Positions 1 to 8,540 of a stretch of DNA of 64,000 nt are shown piece after piece; positions within the stretch are counted from its first letter, which is position 1; every line of letters begins with the position of its first letter. Under the pieces are notes generated by a model. It saw nothing but the letters and a program-made list of their open reading frames with translations. It was not told the DNA's origin and searched no databases. The DNA is from an uncultured Sphingomonadaceae bacterium (GTDB lineage: Bacteria > Pseudomonadota > Alphaproteobacteria > Sphingomonadales > Sphingomonadaceae). Location of the stretch: assembly GCA_964245925.1 (NCBI GenBank), contig CAXTPE010000001.1, forward strand, positions 263 through 64,262, in the 5' to 3' direction. The translations under genes and the position numbers were made by a program.

Positions 1-2
1 CG

Positions 3-1016
3 TCGAAGGGCATCCTCGGCCTGAGGAAGGCGCAGGCCGGCTATTATGCGCGGCGCTTCGGCGTCGAGCTCGATCCCGAGAGCGAGGTGGTGGTGACGCT
101 CGGCTCCAAGGAGGGGCTCGCCAATCTCGCGCAGGCGATCACCGCGCCGGGCGACGTCGTGCTCGCGCCGAACCCGTCCTATCCGATCCATACCTTCGGC
201 TTCATCATCGCCGGCGCCACCATCCGCTCGGTGCCGACCACCGCCGACGAGCGCTTCTGGGAGTCGCTCGATCGCGCGGTGCGCTTCACGGTGCCGGCGC
301 CCTCGGTGCTCGTCGTCGGCTATCCCTCCAACCCCACCGCCGAGGTGGTCGATCTCGCCTTCTACGAGCGGCTGGTCGCCTGGGCGAAGGAGCACAAGGT
401 CTGGGTGTTGTCCGATCTCGCCTATTCCGAGCTCTATTACGATGGCTGCCCCACCCCCTCGATCCTCCAGGTGCCGGGCGCGAGCGACGTCGCGGTTGAG
501 TTCACGAGCGTGTCCAAGACCTATTCGATGGCGGGCTGGCGGATCGGCTTCGCGGTCGGCAACCGGACGCTGATCGCGGCGCTGACCCGGGTGAAATCCT
601 ATCTGGATTATGGCGCCTTCACGCCGATCCAGGCGGCCGCGGTCGCCGCGATCAACGGCCCGCAGGACATCGTCGCGACCAACCGCGCGCTCTACCAGCG
701 CCGCCGCGACGTGCTGGTCGAGAGCTTCGGCCGCGCCGGCTGGGACATTCCCTCGCCCCGCGCCTCGATGTTCTGCTGGGCGCCGCTGCCGCCGGCGCTC
801 AGGCATCTCGGCAGCCTCGAATTCTCCAAGCAGCTCCTCACCCACGCCGGCGTCGCGGTCGCGCCCGGCGTCGGCTATGGCGAGGAGGGCGAGGGCTTCG
901 TCCGCATCGCGATGGTCGAGAACGAGCAGCGCATCCGCCAGGCGGCGCGCAACACCAGGCGCTACCTCCAGAGCATGGGCGTCAACACGCCGGGCGCGAG
1001 CGCGCGGGCGGGCTGA
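3..1016 (+). CDS. Class I PLP-dependent aminotransferase (AlaC/YfdZ or LL-DAP aminotransferase-like), 5' end outside window
   Basis: Frame open from base 3 (SKGILGLRKAQAGYYARRFGVELDP). Motifs GSKEG, YPSNPT, SDLAY and SVSKTYSMAGWRIG (PLP lysine). Lies upstream of hom as in many alphaproteobacteria. Confidence 0.9.
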   Translation, partial: SKGILGLRKAQAGYYARRFGVELDPESEVVVTLGSKEGLANLAQAITAPGDVVLAPNPSYPIHTFGFIIAGATIRSVPTTADERFWESLDRAVRFTVPAPSVLVVGYPSNPTAEVVDLAFYERLVAWAKEHKVWVLSDLAYSELYYDGCPTPSILQVPGASDVAVEFTSVSKTYSMAGWRIGFAVGNRTLIAALTRVKSYLDYGAFTPIQAAAVAAINGPQDIVATNRALYQRRRDVLVESFGRAGWDIPSPRASMFCWAPLPPALRHLGSLEFSKQLLTHAGVAVAPGVGYGEEGEGFVRIAMVENEQRIRQAARNTRRYLQSMGVNTPGASARAG

Positions 1017-1027
1017 ACTCGATCCGT

Positions 1028-1109
1028 CGTCATGCCCGCGAAAGCCGGCATCTCGCGCGGCGGGGGTGCCGCTCCGCCGCACGAGACCCCAGCCTCCGCT
1101 GGGGTGACG
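1028..1109. repeat. REP-like palindromic intergenic element (CGTCAT..GCGAAAGC / GTGACG type)
   Basis: cgtcatgcccgcgaaagccggcatc...gaccccagcctccgctggggtgacg. Ends are inverted and a related copy lies at 3701-3778. Confidence 0.7.
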
Positions 1110-1185
1110 GTTTCATGGCCGATCGCTGGCGGGCTTGCCTCTCTTCTTCTCCCATGCAAGCGGAGCGCCGCAGCAGGGAGATCAC

Positions 1186-2478
1186 ATGACCGAACCCTTA
1201 CGCGTCGCGCTTGCCGGGCTCGGCACGGTCGGCGGCGGCGTCGTCAAGCTGCTCGGCGAGAACCGCGCGCTGATCGAGCGCCGCGCCGGCCGCGCGATCA
1301 CGATCGTCGCGGTCTCCGCGCGCGATCGGACGCGCGATCGCGGCATCGATCTCGCGCGCTTCGCCTGGCTCGATGACGCCACCGGGATCGCCGCGCGCGA
1401 CGACGTCGATGTCGTCGTCGAGCTGATCGGCGGATCGGACGGCCCGGCGCTCACCATCGCGCGCCGCACGCTGGCGGCGGGCAAGCACCTCGTCACCGCC
1501 AACAAGGCGATGCTGGCGCACCACGGCCACGACCTTGCCGGCGCGGCGGAGGCGGCAGGGGTCGCGCTCAAATATGAGGCGGCGGTGGCGGGCGGCGTGC
1601 CGGTCATCAAGGGGCTGCGCGAGGGTGCCGCGGCGAACGAGATCGGGCGCGTCTACGGCATCCTCAACGGCACCTGCAATTACATCCTGACGACGATGGA
1701 ATCGGCCGGCCGCGACTTCGCCGACGTGCTCGCCGACGCACAGGCGCTGGGCTATGCCGAGGCCGATCCGTCGTTCGACATCGACGGGGTGGACGCCGCC
1801 CACAAGCTCGCCATCCTCGCGGGGCTCGCATTCGGGACGGTGCTCGATTTCGGCGCGGTCGCGATCGAGGGCATCCGCCGCGTGCTCGCCGCCGACATCG
1901 CCGAGGCCGCCGCGCTCGGCTTCCGCGTCCGCCTCGTCGGGCTGGCCGAGGCGGGCGCCAAGGGCCTGTTCCAGCGCGTCCACCCCTGCCTGGTGCCGGC
2001 CGGCCATCCCCTCGCCCATGTCGCGGGATCGCTCAACGCCGTGGTGGCGGAGGGCAATTATGTCGGCCGGCTGTTCTTCGAGGGGCGCGGCGCCGGCGAG
2101 GGGCCGACCGCGTCCGCCGTGGTCGCCGACCTGATCGACATCGCGCGCGGCGAATATGGCCCGCCGTTCGGGATGCCGGTGGCGAGCCTGGCATCCCCGG
2201 CGACCGCGCCGGCCGGCGAACGCCGTGGCCGCGCCTATCTGCGCTTCGCCGTCGCCGACCGCCCCGGCGTGCTCGCCGAGATCACCGCCGCGATGCGCGA
2301 CGCCGGCGTCTCGATCGAGAGCATGATCCAGCGCGGCGCCGCCGCCGACGGCAGCGTGCTGCTCGTGATCGTCACCCACGAGGCGCCGGAGCGCTCGGTC
2401 GGCGACGCGCTCGCGCGGCTGGAGGGCTCGCCGAGCCTGCTCGGGCGCCCGCTGCTGCTGCATATTCTCGATCTGTGA
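1186..2478 (+). CDS. hom: Homoserine dehydrogenase with C-terminal ACT domain
   Basis: GLGTVGGG, VTANKA, YEAAVAGG, GILNGTCNYIL, GYAEADP, ACT motif DRPGVLA. RBS gggag precedes the ATG. Confidence 0.96.
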   Translation: MTEPLRVALAGLGTVGGGVVKLLGENRALIERRAGRAITIVAVSARDRTRDRGIDLARFAWLDDATGIAARDDVDVVVELIGGSDGPALTIARRTLAAGKHLVTANKAMLAHHGHDLAGAAEAAGVALKYEAAVAGGVPVIKGLREGAAANEIGRVYGILNGTCNYILTTMESAGRDFADVLADAQALGYAEADPSFDIDGVDAAHKLAILAGLAFGTVLDFGAVAIEGIRRVLAADIAEAAALGFRVRLVGLAEAGAKGLFQRVHPCLVPAGHPLAHVAGSLNAVVAEGNYVGRLFFEGRGAGEGPTASAVVADLIDIARGEYGPPFGMPVASLASPATAPAGERRGRAYLRFAVADRPGVLAEITAAMRDAGVSIESMIQRGAAADGSVLLVIVTHEAPERSVGDALARLEGSPSLLGRPLLLHILDL

Positions 2479-2565
2479 GAAGCCGGCTCGATCCGTGAGA
2501 AGCCGGCTCGATCTGTGAGAAGCCGGCTCGATCCGTGAGAAGCCGGCTCGATCTGCGACAGCCGG
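2467..2565 (+). repeat. 20-bp tandem repeat, 4 full units plus 1 degenerate (CTCGATCYGTGAGAAGCCGG)
   Basis: Units start at 2467, 2487, 2507, 2527 and 2547. Y alternates T/C. The first unit contains the hom stop codon. Confidence 0.95.
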
Positions 2566-2635
2566 CGCGGCGCGGTTTTCTCGACAACGTCATGGGGCTC
2601 GCCTATCGCGCGGCGAAGCGGAACAGGGGAAAGTG

Positions 2636-3601
2636 ATGGCGACGCAGGCAAACGCACTCGATCGCGTGCTGGTGCTCGAGATGGTGCGCGTCACGGAAGC
2701 CGCGGCGATCGCGGCCGCCAAGCTGGTCGGGCGCGGCGACGAGAAGGCCGCCGATGCCGCCGCCGTCGAGGCGATGCGCGCCGCCTTCAACGAACTCGAC
2801 TTCGACGGCACCGTGGTGATCGGCGAGGGCGAGCGCGACGAGGCGCCGATGCTCTACATCGGCGAGAAGGTCGGCAAGGGCACCGGCCCCAAGATCGACA
2901 TCGCGCTCGATCCTCTGGAAGGCACGACGATCACCGCCAAGGCCGGCCCCAATGCGCTCGCGGTGCTCGCCATCGCCGAGGAAGGCGGGCTGCTCAACGC
3001 GCCGGACGTCTACATGGACAAGCTCGCGGTCGGCCCCGGCTATGCCACCGACATGGTCAGCCTCGACAAGACGCCCACCGAGAACATCCACGCCATCGCC
3101 GCCGCCAAGGGCGTCGATCCGCACGAGATCGTCGTCTGCGTGCTCGACCGGCCGCGCCACGAGAAGCTGATCGCCGAGCTGCGCGCGATCGGCTGCGGCA
3201 TCCAGCTCATCCCCGATGGCGACGTCGCCGGCGTGATGGCGGTGACCGATCCCTCCACCACCATCGACATCTACATGGGCTCGGGCGGCGCGCCGGAGGG
3301 CGTGCTGGCGGCGGCCGCGCTCTCCTGCATCGGCGGCCAGTTCCAGGGACGCCTGCTGTTCCGCAACGACGACGAGAAGGCGCGCGCCAAGAAATGGGGC
3401 GTGACCGATCTCGACCGCATCTACACGCTCAGGGATCTGGTGAAGGGCGATGCGATCTTCGCGGCGACGGGCGTGACGGACGGCTCGCTGCTCGATGGCG
3501 TCAAGACGCTGAAGGGCGGCACGGTCACCACCGAGAGCATCGTGATGCGCGCCAGCACGGGCACGGTGCGCTGGGTGAAGGGCGAGCACCGCAAGGTCTA
3601 G
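2636..3601 (+). CDS. glpX: Class II fructose-1,6-bisphosphatase
   Basis: VIGEGERDEAPML, DPLEGT, DGDVAG, GGAPEGV, FAATGVTDG. Confidence 0.96.
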   Translation: MATQANALDRVLVLEMVRVTEAAAIAAAKLVGRGDEKAADAAAVEAMRAAFNELDFDGTVVIGEGERDEAPMLYIGEKVGKGTGPKIDIALDPLEGTTITAKAGPNALAVLAIAEEGGLLNAPDVYMDKLAVGPGYATDMVSLDKTPTENIHAIAAAKGVDPHEIVVCVLDRPRHEKLIAELRAIGCGIQLIPDGDVAGVMAVTDPSTTIDIYMGSGGAPEGVLAAAALSCIGGQFQGRLLFRNDDEKARAKKWGVTDLDRIYTLRDLVKGDAIFAATGVTDGSLLDGVKTLKGGTVTTESIVMRASTGTVRWVKGEHRKV

Positions 3602-3696
3602 CGCGTTTGCGAAGCAGGTGGAATCACCTGCTGGCTCGGAGAACGTGGCAGATCAACAATCCAGAGCGATGACATCAGGCCGGCCCGATGCTCTGT
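3598..3696. repeat. CTAG-bounded MITE-like repeat, copy 1
   Basis: ctagcgcgtttgcgaagcaggtggaatcacctgctggctcggagaacg... closely matches 42597-42678 and has an internal hairpin agcaggtg-gaat-cacctgct. Right end is approximate. Confidence 0.7.
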
Positions 3697-3700
3697 CCTC

Positions 3701-3778
3701 GTCATCCCCGCGAAGGCGGGGATCCGGCTGCCTTGTCGCGGCGGAAGAAGCCGGCGTCCCACCCTGCGCGGGGATGAC
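3701..3778. repeat. REP-like palindromic element, copy 2
   Basis: gtcatccccgcgaaggcggggatcc...gcgcggggatgac between the convergent glpX and peptidase genes. Confidence 0.75.
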
Positions 3779-3830
3779 CGTGGGTAAGGCCCGAAGTCAT
3801 CCCGCTCCCGCCTCGCGGACGCCCGCCGCT

Positions 3831-5900
3831 TCAGCTCCCGCCGAGCTCCGCCAGCAGCGCATCGGCGTGATAGACCTTGGCGAGCGCCGCCTGCACCGCC
3901 GCGTTCGAGACGATGATCGAGCGGTTGAGCACCGGATCATAGCCGAAGCTGCCGCCCAGGCTGTGGATGTTGCCGTCGAACAGCGCGCCGATCACCGATC
4001 CGTCGCGCGCGATCGTCGGCGAGCCCGAATTGCCGCCGATCGAATCGAGCGTCGTCGAGAAGTCGAGCACCGTCGCCGGATCGAGCACGCCCCGCGCCGC
4101 CACCCAGCGCGGCGGCAGCGCGAACGGGGCCGCGCCGGTCGCGCGATCGTAGAGCCCGGCGAGATTGGTGGTCGGCGCGATCGTGCGGCCCTGATAGCTC
4201 CAGCCGGCGACCTGGCCGTACGTCAGCCGCAGCGTGAAGGTCGCGTCCGGATAGCTGGCGGCGCCATCGACGGCGAGCCGAGCCTGCGCGAGCTTCGCCT
4301 GCGCGGCGATGCTCGGGCCATCGACCCTCGCCCTGTACTCGGCGAGCACCGCGCGGGCCTGGCCCTCGGTCGCCAGCACATAGCGGATCAGCGGATCGTC
4401 CGATGCCGTGATCGCGCGCAGACCGCCCTTGAACAGCGCCTCGCGCACCTTCGGGTCCGCGAGCCGGGTGCCGCTCACCAGCCGGTGCGCCAATGCCTCG
4501 GGCGATTCGCGGCCGAGCAGCGTCTTCACCGCCGGATCGTCGACGGTGAGATATTCGCGCGTCCTGGCGAGCCAGAAGCCGATCTTCAGCTCCTCCAGCC
4601 ATGGCGCGATCGGCTCGGGATCGAGCAGCTGCTTCTCCAGCAGCGGCAGCGCCGAATCGCTGTAGGCGGGCAGCCGCTCGGCGTTCGGCTTCGCCCGCTC
4701 CTGCGCGGCGCGGACCAGCTTGACCGCATAGCCGTAGAGATCGGCGGTGTAGCCGGCGCGCGGCTCCAGCAGCGTGTAGCGCAGGTAGAGCGCGCGATAG
4801 GCCTCGCTGGCGCGCCCGAGATCGGCCCAGGGATCGCCGACCTTCGCGGCAAGCGCGGGATCGGCCGCGACGCTGGCGCGCAGCTCGCGCTCGCCATCAT
4901 CGAGCTTCGCGGCGAAGGCGGGATCGAGCAGCGCGCGGTGCTGGCCGGCATAGGCCTTGAAGCTGTTCTCGACCGACTCCAGCGACGCCGCGCCGGTGCG
5001 CGCCTTCTCGGGATCGCCCGCCATCTCGGCGAGCAGCCGCCCGCGCAGCTCGGAGAGCAGCACCAGCGTGACCGGCAGCACCAGATCGCGCCGCACCGCG
5101 ACCTGCGACCGGGTGAAGAGCCGGAAGGTGGTGCCGGGATTGCCGGCGGCGAACACGATCTCGCCGGGCTCGGGAGCGCGCGGGTTCCACTTCAAATGGG
5201 TCGGCGTCGCGACCGGCCTGCCGTCCTCGTAGAGCCGCAGGAAGGCGGCATCGAGGCCGTAGCGCGGGAAATTGAAATTGTCGGGATCGCCGCCGAACTG
5301 GCCGATCGCATATTCGGGCGCGAAGACGAGCCGTACATCGCTGTATTTGCGATAGGAATAAAGCTTGTACTGCGCGCCGCCATAGAGCGTCACGACCTGG
5401 CAGCGCTGCCTGGCGCGATCGGTGCAGCCTTGGCTTTCGATCCGCGCGATGGCGGCGTCGCGCGCCTTGACCAGCGCCTCGCCGGTCGCCGCGCCGATCG
5501 CCTGGACGATCCGTCCGGTGACGTCGGCGATGCCGGTGAGGATCTCGGCCTGCTGGCCGGGGCAGGCGCGCTCCTTCGTGCGATCCCTGGCGAGGAAGCC
5601 GTCCTTGAGACGGTCGTCGGCGGGCGTCGACAGGTTCTGCGCGCAGTCGGCGACGCAATGATGGTTGGTGAGCAGCAATCCGTCGGCCGACACCAGCGAG
5701 GAGGAGCAGCCGCCGGTCAGCCGTGCCGAAGAGAGCCGGACATGATCGAGCCACGCCTGATCCGGCGCGAAGCCATGGGCCGCCCGCATCCGCGCGGCCG
5801 GGAAGCCATCGAACGTCCACAGCCCCTCGTCGGCGGAGGCGGCGGACGCCAGCCCGAGCGCCGCGATCAGGACCATGACGGCGGCGGTGGCATGTTTCAT
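3831..5900 (-). CDS. S46 family dipeptidyl peptidase (secreted)
   Basis: Signal peptide followed by DEGLW, TNHHC (His), FGGDPDNF, DSIGGNSGSP (Ser), FDGN. Confidence 0.93.
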   Translation of the reverse strand: MKHATAAVMVLIAALGLASAASADEGLWTFDGFPAARMRAAHGFAPDQAWLDHVRLSSARLTGGCSSSLVSADGLLLTNHHCVADCAQNLSTPADDRLKDGFLARDRTKERACPGQQAEILTGIADVTGRIVQAIGAATGEALVKARDAAIARIESQGCTDRARQRCQVVTLYGGAQYKLYSYRKYSDVRLVFAPEYAIGQFGGDPDNFNFPRYGLDAAFLRLYEDGRPVATPTHLKWNPRAPEPGEIVFAAGNPGTTFRLFTRSQVAVRRDLVLPVTLVLLSELRGRLLAEMAGDPEKARTGAASLESVENSFKAYAGQHRALLDPAFAAKLDDGERELRASVAADPALAAKVGDPWADLGRASEAYRALYLRYTLLEPRAGYTADLYGYAVKLVRAAQERAKPNAERLPAYSDSALPLLEKQLLDPEPIAPWLEELKIGFWLARTREYLTVDDPAVKTLLGRESPEALAHRLVSGTRLADPKVREALFKGGLRAITASDDPLIRYVLATEGQARAVLAEYRARVDGPSIAAQAKLAQARLAVDGAASYPDATFTLRLTYGQVAGWSYQGRTIAPTTNLAGLYDRATGAAPFALPPRWVAARGVLDPATVLDFSTTLDSIGGNSGSPTIARDGSVIGALFDGNIHSLGGSFGYDPVLNRSIIVSNAAVQAALAKVYHADALLAELGGS

Positions 5901-5971
5901 CGGGGGCTCCTGCACGGACCGCCCGATCCGGTCCGCCGCCGGCGGCGGACAAGACGCCATCGCTGGAGGGA

Positions 5972-6046
5972 TGGTGGGCGCGGCAAGGATTGAACTTGCG
6001 ACCCCTGCGATGTCAACACAGTGCTCTACCACTGAGCTACGCGCCC
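5972..6046 (-). tRNA. tRNA-Val (GAC)
   Basis: Reverse complement GGGCGCGTAGCTCAGTGGTAGAGCA-CTGTG-TTGACAT-CGCAG-GGGTCGCAAGTTCAATCCTTGCCGCGCCCACCA forms a cloverleaf with anticodon GAC and an encoded CCA. Confidence 0.97.
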
Positions 6047-6100
6047 ACGGCCCGCGCCTCTAGCCAAGCTTCACGCGGCGCGCAACCGGGCGGGTGGCGG

Positions 6101-6478
6101 TCAGGACAGCTCGGACGCGCTCCCGATGCGGAACAGCCGGTCGACCTCCAGGACCAGATCGCGCAGGTGGAACGGCTTGGAGAGCACCTTGGCCTGCGGC
6201 GAGACCGCGCCCGCGCGCAGCGCCACCGCCGCGAAGCCGGTGATGAACATCACCCGCATCGCCGGCGCGATCGCGGCGGCGCGCTGGGCGAGCTCGATGC
6301 CGTCCATCTCGGGCATGACGATGTCGGTCAGCAGCAGGTCGAAGCTGTCCTCGTGAAGCAGCGCCAGCGCGGCCGTGCCGCGATCGACCGAAGTGACGGC
6401 ATAGCCCGTGCGCTCCAGCGCGCGCGCCAGATAGGCGCGCATCGACGCATCGTCCTCGGCCAGCAGGATCCGCACCAT
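6101..6478 (-). CDS. cpdR: Single-domain response regulator CpdR
   Basis: RILLAEDD, DLLLTDIVMPEMDGIELA, MFITGFAAV, KVLSKPFHLRDLV. Sits between tRNA-Val and N-formylglutamate amidohydrolase, the usual alphaproteobacterial context. Confidence 0.9.
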   Translation of the reverse strand: MVRILLAEDDASMRAYLARALERTGYAVTSVDRGTAALALLHEDSFDLLLTDIVMPEMDGIELAQRAAAIAPAMRVMFITGFAAVALRAGAVSPQAKVLSKPFHLRDLVLEVDRLFRIGSASELS

Positions 6479-6621
6479 CGCCCCGTTTCGCTCCCGCTCG
6501 TCCCGCATCGCCGCTGCCGCCGTTCCTATACGGCGGGTATGAAGATATAAGTGGAAATGGAGGTTAACGTGCGCCGACCGGAGCCATTCCCCGGCCGGGC
6601 CGTATCGACTAGCACACACCC

Positions 6622-7500
6622 ATGAGCATGATTCCATCGCGGCGGCAGGATCCGGAAGCCGACGCCGGTTTCGTGCTGCTGGGCGCCGCGCGGCTGCCGG
6701 TGCTCGTCGGCGTGCCGCATGCCGGACGCGACTATCCCGCCGCGCTGCTGGCCGGGGCGCGCCTCGCCCGCGCGCAGATCGAGACGATCGAGGATCGCCA
6801 TGCCGATCGGCTGGCGGGCGGCGCGGTGGCGGCCGGCGCGCGCGCGATCGTGGCCACCAGGGCGCGCGCGTGGATCGATCTCAACCGCTCCGAGCGCGAG
6901 CTCGATCCGGCGATGATCGCGCCGCCGCCGCCGGCCGACCACCTCGTGCGCAGCGCCAGGGTCGATGGCGGGCTGGGGCTGCTGCCACGCCGCATCGGCG
7001 GCGCCGAGATCTGGCGCGAACGCGTCCCCGCCGCCGAGCTCGCGCGGCGCGTCACCCTGCTCCACCGCCCCTATCATGCCGCGATCGCCGCGGAACTCGC
7101 CGCGATCCGCGCCGATCATGGCTTCGCGGTGCTGATCGACTGCCACTCGATGCCGCCGCTGCCGGGCGGGCGCGGCGCGGCGCGGGTGGTGATCGGCGAT
7201 CGTCACGGCCGCAGCGCGGCATCCCGGCTGGTCGGCCGCGCGCACCGGCTGATCGCGGCGGCGGGGCTGCGTGCGGCGCTCAACGCGCCCTATGCCGGCG
7301 GCTACACGCTCGAGCGCCATGCCGCCCCGGCGCTGGGCATCCACGCGCTCCAGATCGAGTTCGACCGATCGCTCTATCTCGACGCGGCGCTGCGCGAGCC
7401 CGGCCCGGGTCTCGCCGCCATCGTGACGCTGGTGGCGGAGCTGGCGCGCGCGCTGGCCGACGAGGCGCTGGCGCACCACGCGCCGCTGGCGGCCGAATAG
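6622..7500 (+). CDS. N-formylglutamate amidohydrolase family protein
   Basis: VPHAGRDYP, IDLNR, RPYH, IDCHSMP, NAPYAGG, HALQIE. Confidence 0.92.
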   Translation: MSMIPSRRQDPEADAGFVLLGAARLPVLVGVPHAGRDYPAALLAGARLARAQIETIEDRHADRLAGGAVAAGARAIVATRARAWIDLNRSERELDPAMIAPPPPADHLVRSARVDGGLGLLPRRIGGAEIWRERVPAAELARRVTLLHRPYHAAIAAELAAIRADHGFAVLIDCHSMPPLPGGRGAARVVIGDRHGRSAASRLVGRAHRLIAAAGLRAALNAPYAGGYTLERHAAPALGIHALQIEFDRSLYLDAALREPGPGLAAIVTLVAELARALADEALAHHAPLAAE

Positions 7501-7508
7501 CGCGCCCA

Positions 7509-7615
7509 TAAAAAACCACCTCGCACGATACGCGCGAGGTGGCCAAGGTTCAGGGAGGAGGCGCACCGGAGTGCGCCGGCGCCGGCCCGCGAAAGGGGGA
7601 CACGAACCGACGCCG
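7509..7615 (-). ncRNA. suhB: Probable SuhB/MmgR (alpha-r8) small RNA
   Basis: Minus strand reads GC hairpins, then CCTCCTCCCTGAACCTTGG, then the terminator CCACCTCGCG..TGCGAGGTGG-TTTTTT. Lies next to the N-formylglutamate amidohydrolase gene, the known synteny. 5' end uncertain. Confidence 0.7.
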
Positions 7616-7735
7616 ACGCCAACATAGCTCGCCGCCGCAGCATTTCAAGCGGCGATCGATCCTCGGATAAAACGCGTCTCCGAAAATGGTTCGAGCCGCT
7701 CCCGAAGCGCGCCATCCCGCTTTCTCGAACGCCGC

Positions 7736-8509
7736 TCAGGCGTTCACGAGCTGGAGCGCCGGCTGCTTGCCCTGCCGCACCTGCCGCGCGAAGAGATCGC
7801 GCGCCAGGGTCAGCGAGAACATATGCGCATAGATGAGTGTCATCGCGCCGGACTGGATCATCTTGCGGGCGACGTCGCCGCGCAGGGACCGCAGCGCCTC
7901 CTCGGAAACGAACTGGAAGCCGCGGTAGACATAGGGCTGGGCGGCGTCGGCGGGCTGGATGGTGAACTCGCCGTCGATCAGCAGCTTGTGCTCGCGCAGC
8001 TCCTGCACGAACGCGGTGGTGACCTGGCCGGCCTTCTCGAAATGCTCGCAGAATTCGAGGATCTGACGGGTGTTCCGGGAAGGCTGGCCGTCCTCGAACA
8101 GCGGCGTGCCGTCCTCGAACGCGCCGATCGCATCCGCCGCCGGATCGAAGCAGAGCGAGAGCTCGTCGGTATCGGGGCGCAGCCGCGCCAGCAGGAAGGG
8201 ATAGCGGCGGACATAGGCGGGCACATAGGGGTCGCCGATCATCCGCCCCTCGTCGTCGACGAAGGTGTTGACGCCCTCGTTCAGCCCCATCAGCGCGATC
8301 GGCGTGGGGTTGGCGTCGTTGGTGAAGACGATCGGATAGTGGCGCTGGGCGACGACGAACTCCTCGGCCGCCAGCGGGATCGCATGCGCCCTGGCGAGGA
8401 ACGGCGCGCGGTCGACGATGCGGGCCTTCCAGTCGCCATGCTGCACGCTCGAGAGCGGCTCGAGGCCGGTGTAGAACAGCGGGAGGCCCGCGGCCGGTGC
8501 GCTCGCCAT
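7736..8509 (-). CDS. SapC family protein
   Basis: EEF..AQRHYPIVF, ALMGLNEG, YVPAYVRRYPF, LIYAHMFSL. Confidence 0.88.
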   Translation of the reverse strand: MASAPAAGLPLFYTGLEPLSSVQHGDWKARIVDRAPFLARAHAIPLAAEEFVVAQRHYPIVFTNDANPTPIALMGLNEGVNTFVDDEGRMIGDPYVPAYVRRYPFLLARLRPDTDELSLCFDPAADAIGAFEDGTPLFEDGQPSRNTRQILEFCEHFEKAGQVTTAFVQELREHKLLIDGEFTIQPADAAQPYVYRGFQFVSEEALRSLRGDVARKMIQSGAMTLIYAHMFSLTLARDLFARQVRQGKQPALQLVNA

Positions 8510-8540
8510 CGTCGATCTCCTGTCGGGAAGCAGCGCGCGA

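Noticed and set aside
2467-2565. CRISPR array
   Set aside because: Repeats are contiguous with no unique spacers and there are no cas genes.
3618-5993. Long antisense or alternative-frame ORFs (for example 3618..5993 +, 39216..41645 -, 45445..47556 +, 61715..63625 +)
   Set aside because: Shadow ORFs typical of high-GC DNA. They are Arg/Ala/Gly-rich, motif-free and overlap well-supported genes.
5900-6046. tRNA-Val as an integration site
   Set aside because: No integrase and no duplicated tRNA 3' end noticed elsewhere in the window.
6553-6567. CtrA box upstream of cpdR (also TTAA-N7-TTCA at 10055-10069)
   Set aside because: Only partial matches to TTAA-N7-TTAA. Plausible but not supportable from sequence alone.
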